From Macrostomum lignano (Eukaryota), in assembly GCA_002269645.1 (NCBI GenBank), contig NIVC01000996.1, positions 323,758 through 387,757 of the forward strand: a stretch of 64,000 nt of DNA, read 5' to 3'. Shown piece after piece: positions 40,998 through 52,146 of this stretch; positions within the stretch are counted from its first letter, which is position 1; each line of letters begins with the position of its first letter. Under the pieces are notes generated by a model that ran no database searches, was not told the DNA's origin, and saw nothing but the letters and a program-made list of their open reading frames with translations. The position numbers were made by a program, and so were the translations under genes.

Positions 40998-43767
40998 CAT
41001 GGGTCCCCAACCTGCGGCCCGCGGGCCGCATGCGGCCCGCGAGCCCTTTTTGTGCGGCCCGCGGCACCTTCCAGTAGTTTGCATTACATGCGGCCCGCCG
41101 AGTCTATCACTGGATTTCACTGCGGCCCCCGAAAATGTTAAAGTTTTCCTAGCTGTATTGAAAATATGCCCAGAAATCTCTTACCCCCCAACCGCTAGAA
41201 GCGACGCTTCAATTCATTTGGATTGCTATTTTAGCCACTCCTAGCGCACAAATGTACATGCAGTCAAGAGTTGAAGTGAAAAGTAGGAAGGAATGCTAGC
41301 TAATATCAATAAGGTTCAAGGCAAAGGAGGTGGGGGTTGGGGGTAAGGGCTCTACTGCCTCTCTCTCTCTCATGAAAGCTAGTTTAGTTCAGTCGATATT
41401 TTCTCTCCCCCACAGTGCGCTGATTCAACCTCCGCTGATTCAACCCCTCACCGCTTCAAACCTCTCTCTCCATATCTGGCTACGCATGCGTGGGGGAAGG
41501 GGGAGTGACGCACAACACAACCCCCACTTTCCCTCCCCCCGCACTAGTATATTCTCGCTAGCAGTTTATTGGCTGCTTCTTTCTCACTGTACAATGAAAC
41601 GGCCTGACGGGTCTGCGGCCCAAAGCCTCGCTGGGGGTGGCATTTCGTCTCTAGTCCAGCCCATAGTTCTTGTAACCAATAGAAACTTATCGATTTTTCT
41701 TCTACACCCTTTTTCATGGGTGTACATTGTTTATTGGCCCTTAAATGCCAGTAGAGTTCCTTAAAATGGTGGACCAGTAGCAAGGAGTAACTCTATAACT
41801 CAGTAACTCTATAGTTCCAGATGGCACACGCTGCAAAAAAGAGGAAGATCGCGGAGGAGAAGCGCTCCTTTAATGCCGACTGGTGTCAGTTCTTTTTCGT
41901 GGAGCGCAAGGGGAAGCCGCTGTGTGTCATCTGCCAGGAGACGATCGCCGTATGCAAGGAGTTCAATGTGAAGCGGCACTTCACCACGAACCATGCCAAG
42001 TTTGTGGACATGCCGGAGGACAAGCGCAAGACTGAGTTCACTCGCTTGGCAGCCAACTTGGACCGGCAGAATGCCCTCTTTAAAAAGCCTGTGAATCTGG
42101 CTCAATCTGCCGCAATCCGCAACACGCGCGCCAGCTACCGAGTTGCCCACCTGGTAGCGACCCAGCTAAAGCCCTTCACCGACGGGGCATTTGTAAAGGA
42201 GTGCATGATGGCCGCTGTAGAGGAAGTCTGCCCAGAAAAAAAGGATCTCTTCACCAACATCAGCCTCTCTGCTTCCACCATCACTCGCCGCATTGAAGAG
42301 ATGGCAATCGACATTCGTTCAACGCTTAAGCAGCGCTGCCACAGTGCACGTTTCTTCTCCATTGCCCTCGACGAGTCTACCGACGTCAAGGACACAGCTC
42401 AGCTCGCCATCTTCTTTCGTGGCGTCACGGACACCTTTGACGTAGTGGAAGAATTCGTCCGGCTGATGCCGATGCAAGGAACCACCACTGGTGCCGACAT
42501 CCTGCAGTGCGTGCTAAAGTTGGTGCAGGAATTCGAGCTGGATCTATCACGCCTGTGTGCCATTACCACTGACGGTGCACCTGCCATGGTTGGGCCAACC
42601 AAGGGCTTTGCTTCCCTCCTGGTAAAGCACTGCCGGGACCAGGGACATATGCAGGACATCATGCGCATCCACTGCATCGTACACCAAGAAGTCCTCTGTG
42701 CAAAGTCGACCACCATAACGTCCGTTATGGGCGTCGTGGTGAAGGCGGTGAATTTTGTGCTAGCTCGGGCCCTGAATCACCGCCAGTTCCGGGACTTGCT
42801 GTCAGAGGCCAAAGCACAGTATGGGGACCTTCTCTATTACTGTGAGGTGCGCTGGCTCAGCCGCGGGAAGATGCTGCAAAGAGTCTTCGATCTGAGGGAG
42901 GAGCTAGCCGACTTCTTGGATTCAAAGGGAGCTGCTGTCCAGGAGTTCACTGACCCAGCGTGGGTGCAAGACCTCGCCTTCCTTGTTGACCTGACTGGGC
43001 ACCTCAACACCCTGAACACCCAGCTGCAAGGCCGTGGCGTCCTTGTGCCAGACATGATAAACAAGATCAAGGCATTCGAGACCAAGCTCAGGCTGTGGGA
43101 AGCACAGATAAAGAATTGAGAGCTCACACACTTTCCCAACCTTGCAACTTTCGAGCTGACTAATTCAGCTGCCCAGAAGTACGCTGACGCCCTTTCGGAC
43201 CTGAGGGACGAGTTCGCCAACCGCTTCTCGGAGTTGCGAGCGAATTCAATGGAGCTGAAGCTATTCAGCAGCCCTTTCGACCTGGATGCTGATGAAGTGC
43301 CTGCCAATCTGCAGATGGAGCTCATTGAGCTTCATTGTTCTGACGAGCTCAAAGCAAAGTTCGGCTGCACCTCCCCAATGGGATTTTGGAGCCAGGGCAT
43401 CAAGCCTGCTGACTTTCCAGGCCTCGTCCTACACGCCACGAAGATTGCTGCCATGTTTGGTTCTACATACGCATGTGAACAGCTCTTCAGCCGAATGAAG
43501 CTGACCAAGAGCAAAACTAGAGCGCAGTTGACTGACGGCCACCTCGAAGATGCACTGCTGCTCGCTGTTTCGTCGATCAAGCCAAATGTTGAACTGCTGT
43601 CGAAGGATAAGGAGCACCAGCCATCTCATTGATTTTGTTTGACATTTGGAAATGGACATTTTTGCTTGGTTTTGTGTATTTCATGTTTTGTGTATTAGCA
43701 TGCGGCCCGCACACACCAAGCCAGTTGTCAATGCGGCCCGCCGCCCATAGAAGGTTGGGGACCCCTG
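40998..43767 (+). mobile_element. Full-length hAT DNA transposon (Buster/Charlie group; GTF2IRD2/OC1/SPIN-like), 2770 bp
   Basis: 16-bp TIRs: CATGGGTCCCCAACCT (40998) and the reverse complement of AGGTTGGGGACCCCTG (ends 43767), with 1 mismatch. Perfect 8-bp TSD GCCTACAT at 40990-40997 and 43768-43775. GCGGCCCG subterminal repeats at both ends. Confidence 0.96.
41821..43632 (+). pseudogene. hAT transposase, 603 codons, with a single in-frame TGA at 43117-43119
   Basis: BED-like CVIC...KRHF, ALDESTD, TTDGAPAM, CIVHQE, RWLSRG and STYACEQLFSRM motifs. The frame stays open after the TGA (ELTHFPNL...) to the natural stop at 43630-43632. Confidence 0.93.
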
Positions 43768-43904
43768 GCCTACATTTAACTAGACTCTAGACAAATACCA
43801 AAATGGCTATTAGTCTAGTATTAATTAGACAAATAACCACATTGCTATTCATCCAGTTGCATTTGCCTGAAAAATAAGAAAGTGCTAGTAAAGAAACTGA
43901 AATT

Positions 43905-44395
43905 GAATAACTGAAGAAAGCACATGTTGTTAGACAATAAAACATAAAACAAATTTTAATAGCTTTTATATGTTATATCTTTTAGAAAGTATATAAAAAT
44001 ATCTTTAGATAACTATACGGGCACATTAAATAATAAGAATCAAAAGTAGCAAATAAAAAGAATTTAATCTATGTACAGATACTAAATATATTATAATATA
44101 CTATAATATACTATTATACATGGGTTAAACATGTTTAGATACTCCCTTTTTTAATAGTCTTTATTAAAAAATATTTTTTAAGTACTAAAAATTATAAATA
44201 TACTGCTAATTAATTTTCAACTTCTTGAATAAAAATGCCATGAAAAGTAAAAAAAATATACTCAATGTGTCAAAAATAAAAATGGAATTGTAAGTTATAA
44301 TTGCTAGATATGCACAACTTACAATTATAATTTAAAGACATTTTTAGAATTATATATTTTTCTTTATTATCTAATTTTATCATACAACAAGCTAT
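43905..44395 (-). repeat. Left copy of a ~490-bp AT-rich inverted repeat pair
   Basis: Its reverse complement aligns by hand to 48775-49270, with shared blocks such as CTAGCAATTATAACTTACAATTCCATT and GGGAGTATCTAAACATGTTTAAC. Confidence 0.9.
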
Positions 44396-44679
44396 TGAAA
44401 CCCACGGAATTTGAACCCGGGGAAATTCCAATCCCTGGAACTACTTTTGCGTGTATTCAGAAAACTGAGCCCATACTCAAAACAAATACTTGTTAATAGT
44501 TAGTGGGTTAGAGGTAAACAAAATGGAGCACATTTGCGTAAAATTAGGATTTGAGGCAAACATTGATATTGTTGGCTGGGGTGCCTTTAACATTAAATAG
44601 GCAATTAATGTCTGTCTGACTCTAAAACATGTATTGGCAAACTCTGGCCTCTGCCTCTGACTCTCCCTACGTCCCTTGG

Positions 44680-45740
44680 ATCCTTTGAAACTTCTATATT
44701 CTTTTCTGTTTCCTCTCTTCTTTCTTGTCTCTCCTCTCTCCCCTCTTATCTTCCTTCATTTATCTTCTTTTTCATCTCTCTTATCTCATCTCTTTTCTCT
44801 TCTTTTCCCTTTCCTCTCCTCCCACTCTTCTCTTGTCTTTTCCTTTACCTCTCTTCTCTTGTCTTTATTTGCTCTCTGATCTCTCTTTTCTCTTCTCTCT
44901 CTTCTCTTTTATCTCTTTTCATTTCTCTCTGCTTCCTCCCTCTCTCTCTGCCTCCCCTCACTCTCTCTGCTTCCCCCTTCTCTCTCTGCTTCACCCCTTC
45001 TCTCTCTGCTTCATCCCTCTCTCTCTGCTTCCCCTCTCTTTCTTATCTCTCCTCTCCCATCTTTCTTCTCCTCTCTACTCTCTCCCCTCCATTCTCCTCT
45101 TTTCTCTCCTCTCGCCTCACTCACTTCTCTCTCCCTTTGTCTTTCCTCTCGTCTCTGTAATCTCTTCTCTCTTATCTCTCCGCTGTTCTCTCTACTCTCC
45201 CATCTCTCGTCTGTTAATTTTCGTCTTTGCTCTCAGCTCATCCCCCCTCTTTCATTTGTCATATTTACTGTCTTATATGTTCTCTCATTCTGTCCTCTGT
45301 ACTCTTGTCTCCTCACCTTTCTTTCTCCTTTCTTCTCTTCTCTTCCCTCTTCTATATACTCTCTCTCTCTTTCTCTTGTCTTGTCTCTTCTCTTTCCACT
45401 CTCCTCCTTTATCTCTCATCTCTCATTTCTTATCTCTCCTTTCTCCTTTTTACTAACTCCTCTCTGCTCTTCTCTCTGCTCTCCTTTCATCTGCAGCTCT
45501 CTGCTCTCTCCTCTCTACTCGCTCCTCTACTTTCTCTTTACTTGCTCCTCTACTCTCTCCTTTCTACTCGCTCCTCTACTCTCTCCTCTCTACTTGCTCC
45601 TCTACTCTCTCCTCTCTACTCGCTCCTCTCTACTCTCCTCTCATCGCCCTCACTCCCTCATCCCTCCTATTATCTTTTATCTTGTTCTTTCTCTCCCCTC
45701 TCCTCTTTTCAAATAGTCTATTCCTTCTTCTCTCCACTCT
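44680..45740. repeat. CT-rich low-complexity tract
   Basis: Seen directly. Confidence 0.9.
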
Positions 45741-46439
45741 CAGCTGCCCCTCAGCCATAAGCAGGATTCTTTTCTAGCCTTTGAGGTAAAAGTCTACTTA
45801 TTCCTGCTTGGAAAGCCAGTTTGTGGGACGTAGTACTCTCATGGTTGTTCTCATGCTTTGATCATGTCATCTTTCTTGCCAATTTGCAAGCCCTGAAAGG
45901 AATTTGTGTATCTTCAGCTCCACTGCAGTCTCAGTCTGCATCAGTCTAACAACCAAGGAAATATGCATTTCTTAGGAGGCCATTTAAATTTTAAAGTACC
46001 TTTAAGAGAAACCTTAAATTTCCATGATGTGACTAATTTAGTAGGGTTATATTGCATTGCATTGCCTTTTCATAAATCTTTTGCTTTTATAAACCATGCT
46101 AGATTACCTTGATTTGCCATCCACTGTTAAAATGCTGCAGAGTTTGCAAATACAGAGGGGAGGGCAGTGGTTAGAATTTCTCACTAAACTGTTATGGCTA
46201 AACGTAGCCTCTCCAGAGTCCACTTTTGGGGTGCAGAGAAGGCTATAAAAAAAGTTATTCCAAAACACTGTACATTTGCTATGTACATTCAGTCCTATTG
46301 CCTGACCCTTGGTCTGGCTCTGGGGAATGAGTGAGTGAGTGGCACAAACAACAGAAAAAGCAGACAAACTTCACATGCTTACAGTTTCTGTTCTGAATGA
46401 GTTACAGAGTTGAAACTTTACATTTAGTCAGAAAATGAG

Positions 46440-46990
46440 TCAATGAAGAATTGTGTCAAGTTTAAAGTCAATCGCTTTTTGTGGAGAAAACTTATGGCAG
46501 CTGAAAGTTAGTCAATTTTGAAACCCTTTTACACATCTGGGCCCAGATCGGGATTGGGAAAGAGAGGCGGGGGCGGAGGTTGGGGTGGCTGTCTCGCTGA
46601 AAAAAGCAGCCTAACTTTAAAAGTGCATAGCGCTGTTCAGGATTAACTTTAAGACTCGAAATTTTACACGATTGTGTCAAGATAGTTGAAGATTGTTTGT
46701 GTCAAATTTGAAGAGGATTGGTAAAACTGGAGCGGCGCTATGGAGGATTTAGTGAAAAAATCACACATTTTGAGCAGTTTTTTGTACTTTTAGGCAGGAA
46801 GACTTGAGTTTAGGATATTTTAAGGTAGCCTAAGACATTTTCCGTAGTGAGTTTAGGTTGGGTGTAAAGTTTGGTGTAATTTGGTTGAGTGGTTTGGGAG
46901 TCCATAGCAATCAAAATTGTCCACAAACAGACAGACACATAGACAGACACACAGACAGACAGAGTTTTGATTTTTATATGTAGAGATAGC
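46440..46990 (-). mobile_element. Probable non-autonomous Helitron/Helentron-like element fragment
   Basis: The minus strand starts CTATCTCTACATATAAAAATCAAAACTC, followed by (TGTC)n and ...CCAAACTTTACAC..., resembling 5' ends of invertebrate rolling-circle non-autonomous elements. It retains CpGs, unlike its flanks. The 3' end is not defined. Confidence 0.4.
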
Positions 46991-47572
46991 AAAACTAAAA
47001 AACAGAATTACTATAAACACTTTGTTTTAACACAACACTTTTTTGAACAATTTTAATGGATAATATTGAGGCAAGGACATAGAAAAAAAAATTTGCTGGT
47101 TGGTTGGTGACATAGGCAGCGGGAGCTTGCGGCACCAGGGGCATGTGCCCCCCCCCCAGAAAATGAGTCCACGTAGTAATTTTTAGTGCTTTTTCTGATT
47201 TTAGGTACTAATTAGCAGCTTATAAAGAAGGTACCTATGCCCCTTTGCCTTGTGCCAGGTGCCCCTTTCAAATATTAGGCTCTGCCACCCTTGGTTAGTG
47301 ATTTGCTGCCACTAATAAAATGGGACAGTTCAATTCTAAATTTTTGCCAACATTGATTTTATTATATTAATATAAGCCTATAACATACTGGCTATATGTA
47401 TATAATATTAATATAGGCCCAGGCCTACAATTAGGCTAGGGCCTAACTTGCTTAAAAAATCACTTGCACATTGATTGCATGATTATTGAAACTTCTTATT
47501 GTTTAGTCTGATTTTTATGCCTTGTTTCCTCTTTGCACTTTGCCTCATAAAAGGGTGTTCAGCTTAGAAGGG

Positions 47573-48116
47573 CCATAGTCCGGATCATGGCCTGTATGCC
47601 AAATTAATGTCATCCTTTGCTAACCCTATAGGCATACATTAGGATATAACCAAAAAATTGGGCCCTACCTATTGGCGTAAGTGGCATACATGCTGTTGCT
47701 ATTGCAACTTGCAATGTAATGTACATAAGCATTGGTATTTTCAGGAATTTGCATAATAATTTAAAAAATGGAATTTATGTTAGAAATATATTCACTTTAA
47801 CAAAATATATTCCCATCTATTGTTCTATTAAATAATTTTAATATTCTAATAAAACCTGCTGCTAGAGGCATAATATATATTTTACTTGCTTGCAGTATAA
47901 CAGGGATATATATAACATAGGTGTAACTGTATTTAAATTGCGATATGCTCCATTTTTTGTTAACTATTAACTGATTTCGAAATAGGAAATTTGTACTGGT
48001 CTGTAAAAGTAGCATACAGTTAGGAAGGCAGAAAAAATTTGGCATACATTGGCGTACAAACTGTGGATCCATCAAGTTTTAGTTTGGCATACACCCTGCC
48101 ATGATCCGGACTATGG
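47573..48116. mobile_element. 544-bp MITE with 8-bp TSD (hAT-like)
   Basis: TIR CCATAGTCCGGATCATGGC ... GCCATGATCCGGACTATGG, inner TGTATGCCAAA/TTTGGCATACA repeats, and TSD TAGAAGGG at 47565-47572 and 48117-48124. Confidence 0.9.
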
Positions 48117-48774
48117 TAGAAGGGTACAAGTGGGGGCCGATAAGACAGGAATCAGTCAGACTGTGTAGACTCCTGATGTATTCTAGAGTAGTATAACAAC
48201 ATTAATCAAGATAGGAAAAAGCCTTTAAAGTTAAAATCCTGAAATACCATATTCATAAAAATGTATACATGTATAAGTAGTAATATCTATTTAACCAGAC
48301 GAATAGTGAAATGGCTATTTATCTGGTAACAGGACAAATAACAACTGCCTAGGCCTATTACTAATGAATTTCATAGGCCTAATTATTAAAACAAAAAGCT
48401 TGACTAGGCCTAGTTATAGACCTTATGCCTATGGCTATGGATGTTATGCTACCCCATTCATGCAATAAGTAAGAATAGGCCTAGGTTTGGGTTTGGCTGG
48501 CCTAGTTAACAAAACACTAGTGTACTCAGTCAAGGCTGAGCCCCTCTAGGCTAGGCTCTAGATCTAGGGGGGGGGGGGGCTATCTCTAATTCTAAACATA
48601 GTCTAATTTTAATAAATGAAACCGAAATAGGAGCGGGCTGAGCGATTGCAAACGCAAAACCAAAAATAATACGTGCAATACAATATGATAATATTAAAGT
48701 CGGCTGAATTTGTCCGTTTAAATTAAATAAGAAAGAATTTTGTTCAAACAAAGTTTTTAAAATAACTCTGTTAT

Positions 48775-49270
48775 TTAGCTTTACTGTTATGTAGCAAAAT
48801 TAAATAACGAAGAAAAATTAACACTTTTAAAAATGTTTCGAAATCATGAGGGCTTTATAACTTTAAGTTGTGTATGCCTAGCAATTATAACTTACAATTC
48901 CATTTTCATTTTTGACACACTGAGTATATTCTTCGACTTTCATGGAATTTCCATTCAGGAATTTGAAAATTGATCAGCAGTATATTCCAATTTTAGTACC
49001 TTATTATTACATCTTTTAGACTGTTAAAAATGGGAGTATCTAAACATGTTTAACACATGTATAATAGTATATTATATTATAGTATAGTGTATACCGTACA
49101 CGAATATTAAATTCCTTTTATTTGCTTCTTTTGACTCTCTTATTATTTCATGTGTCAGCATAGTTATCTAAAGATGTTTTCATATACTTTCTAAAAGATA
49201 TAACGTACAAAAGCTGTTAAAATCTGCTTTATTGTTTAATGTTTGTCCAACAATATGTGCTTTCTTCGGA
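48775..49270 (+). repeat. Right copy of the ~490-bp inverted repeat pair, just upstream of the CCDC162-like ATG
   Basis: Aligns to the reverse complement of 43905-44395 and retains CpGs. Confidence 0.9.
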
Positions 49271-49453
49271 AAGCCATATGTTGTATAGTATAATAAAAAG
49301 TACGAGCGTACAAATTGTATACTATATTAAAAATATTTTCAATATAAATCCCAACACCAAAGTCGTAATCTTATTTGATTAAGTGAGAATCATCTGATTC
49401 TGTCAACCATATACTATTTAAATTGATAACCTAATCTATTAATTCTTTTCAGT

Positions 49454-52077
49454 ATGGAAGAGTCAAGTGGTGAGGTAATCAAGGAGCTTGAGGCCAGTTT
49501 GGCCAAAGACTTGCAAGATTTGAAGAATGAGATAGAAGAAAACGACTTAGTCCATGGTCTGCCTCACAGAGGAATCAGGTACAAAAATTTTTTCTAATTT
49601 AGACATTATTGAAGACATAATTGAAATAAGAATCAATAACAAATTAGTTGATTAGTAAATTAATTTTATTTTGTGCACTTTTTTCTCCTGCTCAGTTCGA
49701 TACCGATTCCAAAGGACGCCAAGTACTTCAAGCTCGAGCGTCGACTGGCAGTGCAAAGACTGCTTCAGGTGGCCGATGTCAAACCGCTGCCAATTCTTTC
49801 TGAAGTTATGCAAGAGGAAAAAGACATCTGTTGTTCGCCTGAGTACAGTCCGCAGAGTGTTCTGCTTCTGCTGCACGATGTAAGCGAAATACAAATAAAA
49901 TGCGTTGCATTTTATATGCGTTAAAGTTATTCCGAAATATCTTGCACCTCTTAAGTCACTGCAACTACAGTAGCCCAGCAATTAGCCCGAACTGGTGTCT
50001 CTAAAAACCAATTTGACACACCCTGCTGACGGCTCTGCGCTTTTGACGCATGCTGACAACTCAGTTTGACACACACTGACAACTCAGTCTGACACAACTG
50101 ACAACTCAGTCTGACACAACTGACAACTCAGTTTGACATACACTGACAGCTCAGTTTGACACACACTGACAACTCAGTTTGACACACACTGACAACTAAG
50201 TTTGACACAACTGACAACTCAGTCTGACACAACTGACAACTCAGTTTGACACACACTGACAGCTCAGTTTGACACACACTGACAGCTCAGTTTGACACAC
50301 ACTGACAACTCAGTTGACACACATTGACAACTCAATTTGACACACACTGACAACTCAGTTGACACACATTGACAACTCAATTTGACACACACTGACAACT
50401 CAGTTTAACACACATTGACAACTCAGTCTGACACACACTGACAACTCAGTTTGACACACATTGACAACTCAGTCTGACACAACTGACAACTCAGTTTGAC
50501 ACACATTGACAACTCAGTCTGACACAACTGACAACTCAGTTTGACACACACTGACAGCTCAGTTTGACACACACTGACAGCTCAGTTTGACACACACTGA
50601 CAACTCAGTTGACACACATTGACAACTCAATTTGACACACACTGACAACTCAGTTTGACACACATTGACAACTCAGTCTGACACAACTGACAACTCAGTT
50701 TGACACACATTGACAACTCAGTCTGACACAACTGACAACTCAGTTTGACACACACTGACAACTCAATTTGACACACACTGACAACTCAGTTTGACACACA
50801 TTGACAACTCAGTCTGACACAACTGACAACTCAGTCTGACACACACTGACAACTCAATTTGACACACACTGACAACTCAGTTTGACACACACTGACAACT
50901 CAGTCTGACACACATTGACAACTCAGTCTGACACAACTGACAACTCAGTCTGACACACACTGACAACTCAGTCTGACACAACTGACAACTCAGTCTGACA
51001 CACACTGACAACTCAATTTGACACACACTGACAACTCAGTTTGACACACACTGACAACTCAGTCTGACACACATTGACAACTCAGTCTGACACAACTGAC
51101 AACTCAGTCTGACACACACTGACAACTCAATTTGACACACACTGACAACTCAGTTTGACACACACTGACAGCTCAGTTTGACACACACTGACAACTAAGC
51201 AGCCCTGCGAACTGACTAGCTAACAGTCTGGCGAAACCTTCCCTGACCAGCCCAGTTTGGAGATCACCACATCTCACTCGCTAGTACATCGCAATAATTT
51301 TCAGCACTTCGCAAAGCGAATGCACGAACTCGCAAGCTGTCGCTACGAGCATCTCCTCCGCTGGCGCCGGTTCCGCGAACACCTGGGCGTGTTGGAAAAT
51401 CTGCAGCCTTATTTCAGCTCCAGAATGGAGTGAGTTCAATTTGTTGCTGCAGGGCCGTATTTACTACTTATATTTATTTTTGCAAATAAAATTGATCACA
51501 ACATTGACGATTAAAAAGATCATTTAAATATGAATAGTTCAATAGGCTTCGTGGTCCCATTTTAGTCTAAATACAAACATTTATTTTAATTTTAAACTTT
51601 TAGACTTTAGACTCTTGATTATTGGGCGCCCCAGAGGGGGCTCTAGATTGCTAGACCATATACTAAATATGGTTTGTCGGGATATAGGTATCAACCCATG
51701 GGATCGATTTCAGAAAAAGAAATCTCGGATTGCTAGTCGCTACTAAACCCGATTAACTGACACCGAGTCCTCTGCCCTCCCTCCCTCCTCCAGAATGCTG
51801 CTCAAGCACTACGAAGACTACTCAAGCCGAACTCAAAGACTAGCCTCGGTACGCGAGTCGTTTTTCTACAAAAGCGACAACGCCATGGAAGACGTCAATC
51901 CAGATGACATTGTGCTGTACATCAGGTGGCTTGTAGCCCACCTGCAGAGCGTTCGACTCTACTCTCAGTTTCTCAGGGTGAGATTCGTTTAAGTTGACCG
52001 TCTGCTCCTACGGTAGTCAAAGTATGCGCTGCGTCTTAGTGTAGCCCAAGCTTTAGTGTAGGCTTAAGTTAGTCAGC

Positions 52078-52146
<69 letters not shown>

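Noticed and set aside
43117-43119. Programmed readthrough or selenocysteine at the transposase TGA
   Set aside because: No SECIS was recognised, the context TGA-GAG is not a typical leaky one, and hAT transposases are not known to use recoding. A nonsense mutation is simpler.
41809-43659. Antisense and alternative-frame ORFs over the transposase
   Set aside because: These are shadow ORFs of a GC-rich coding sequence.
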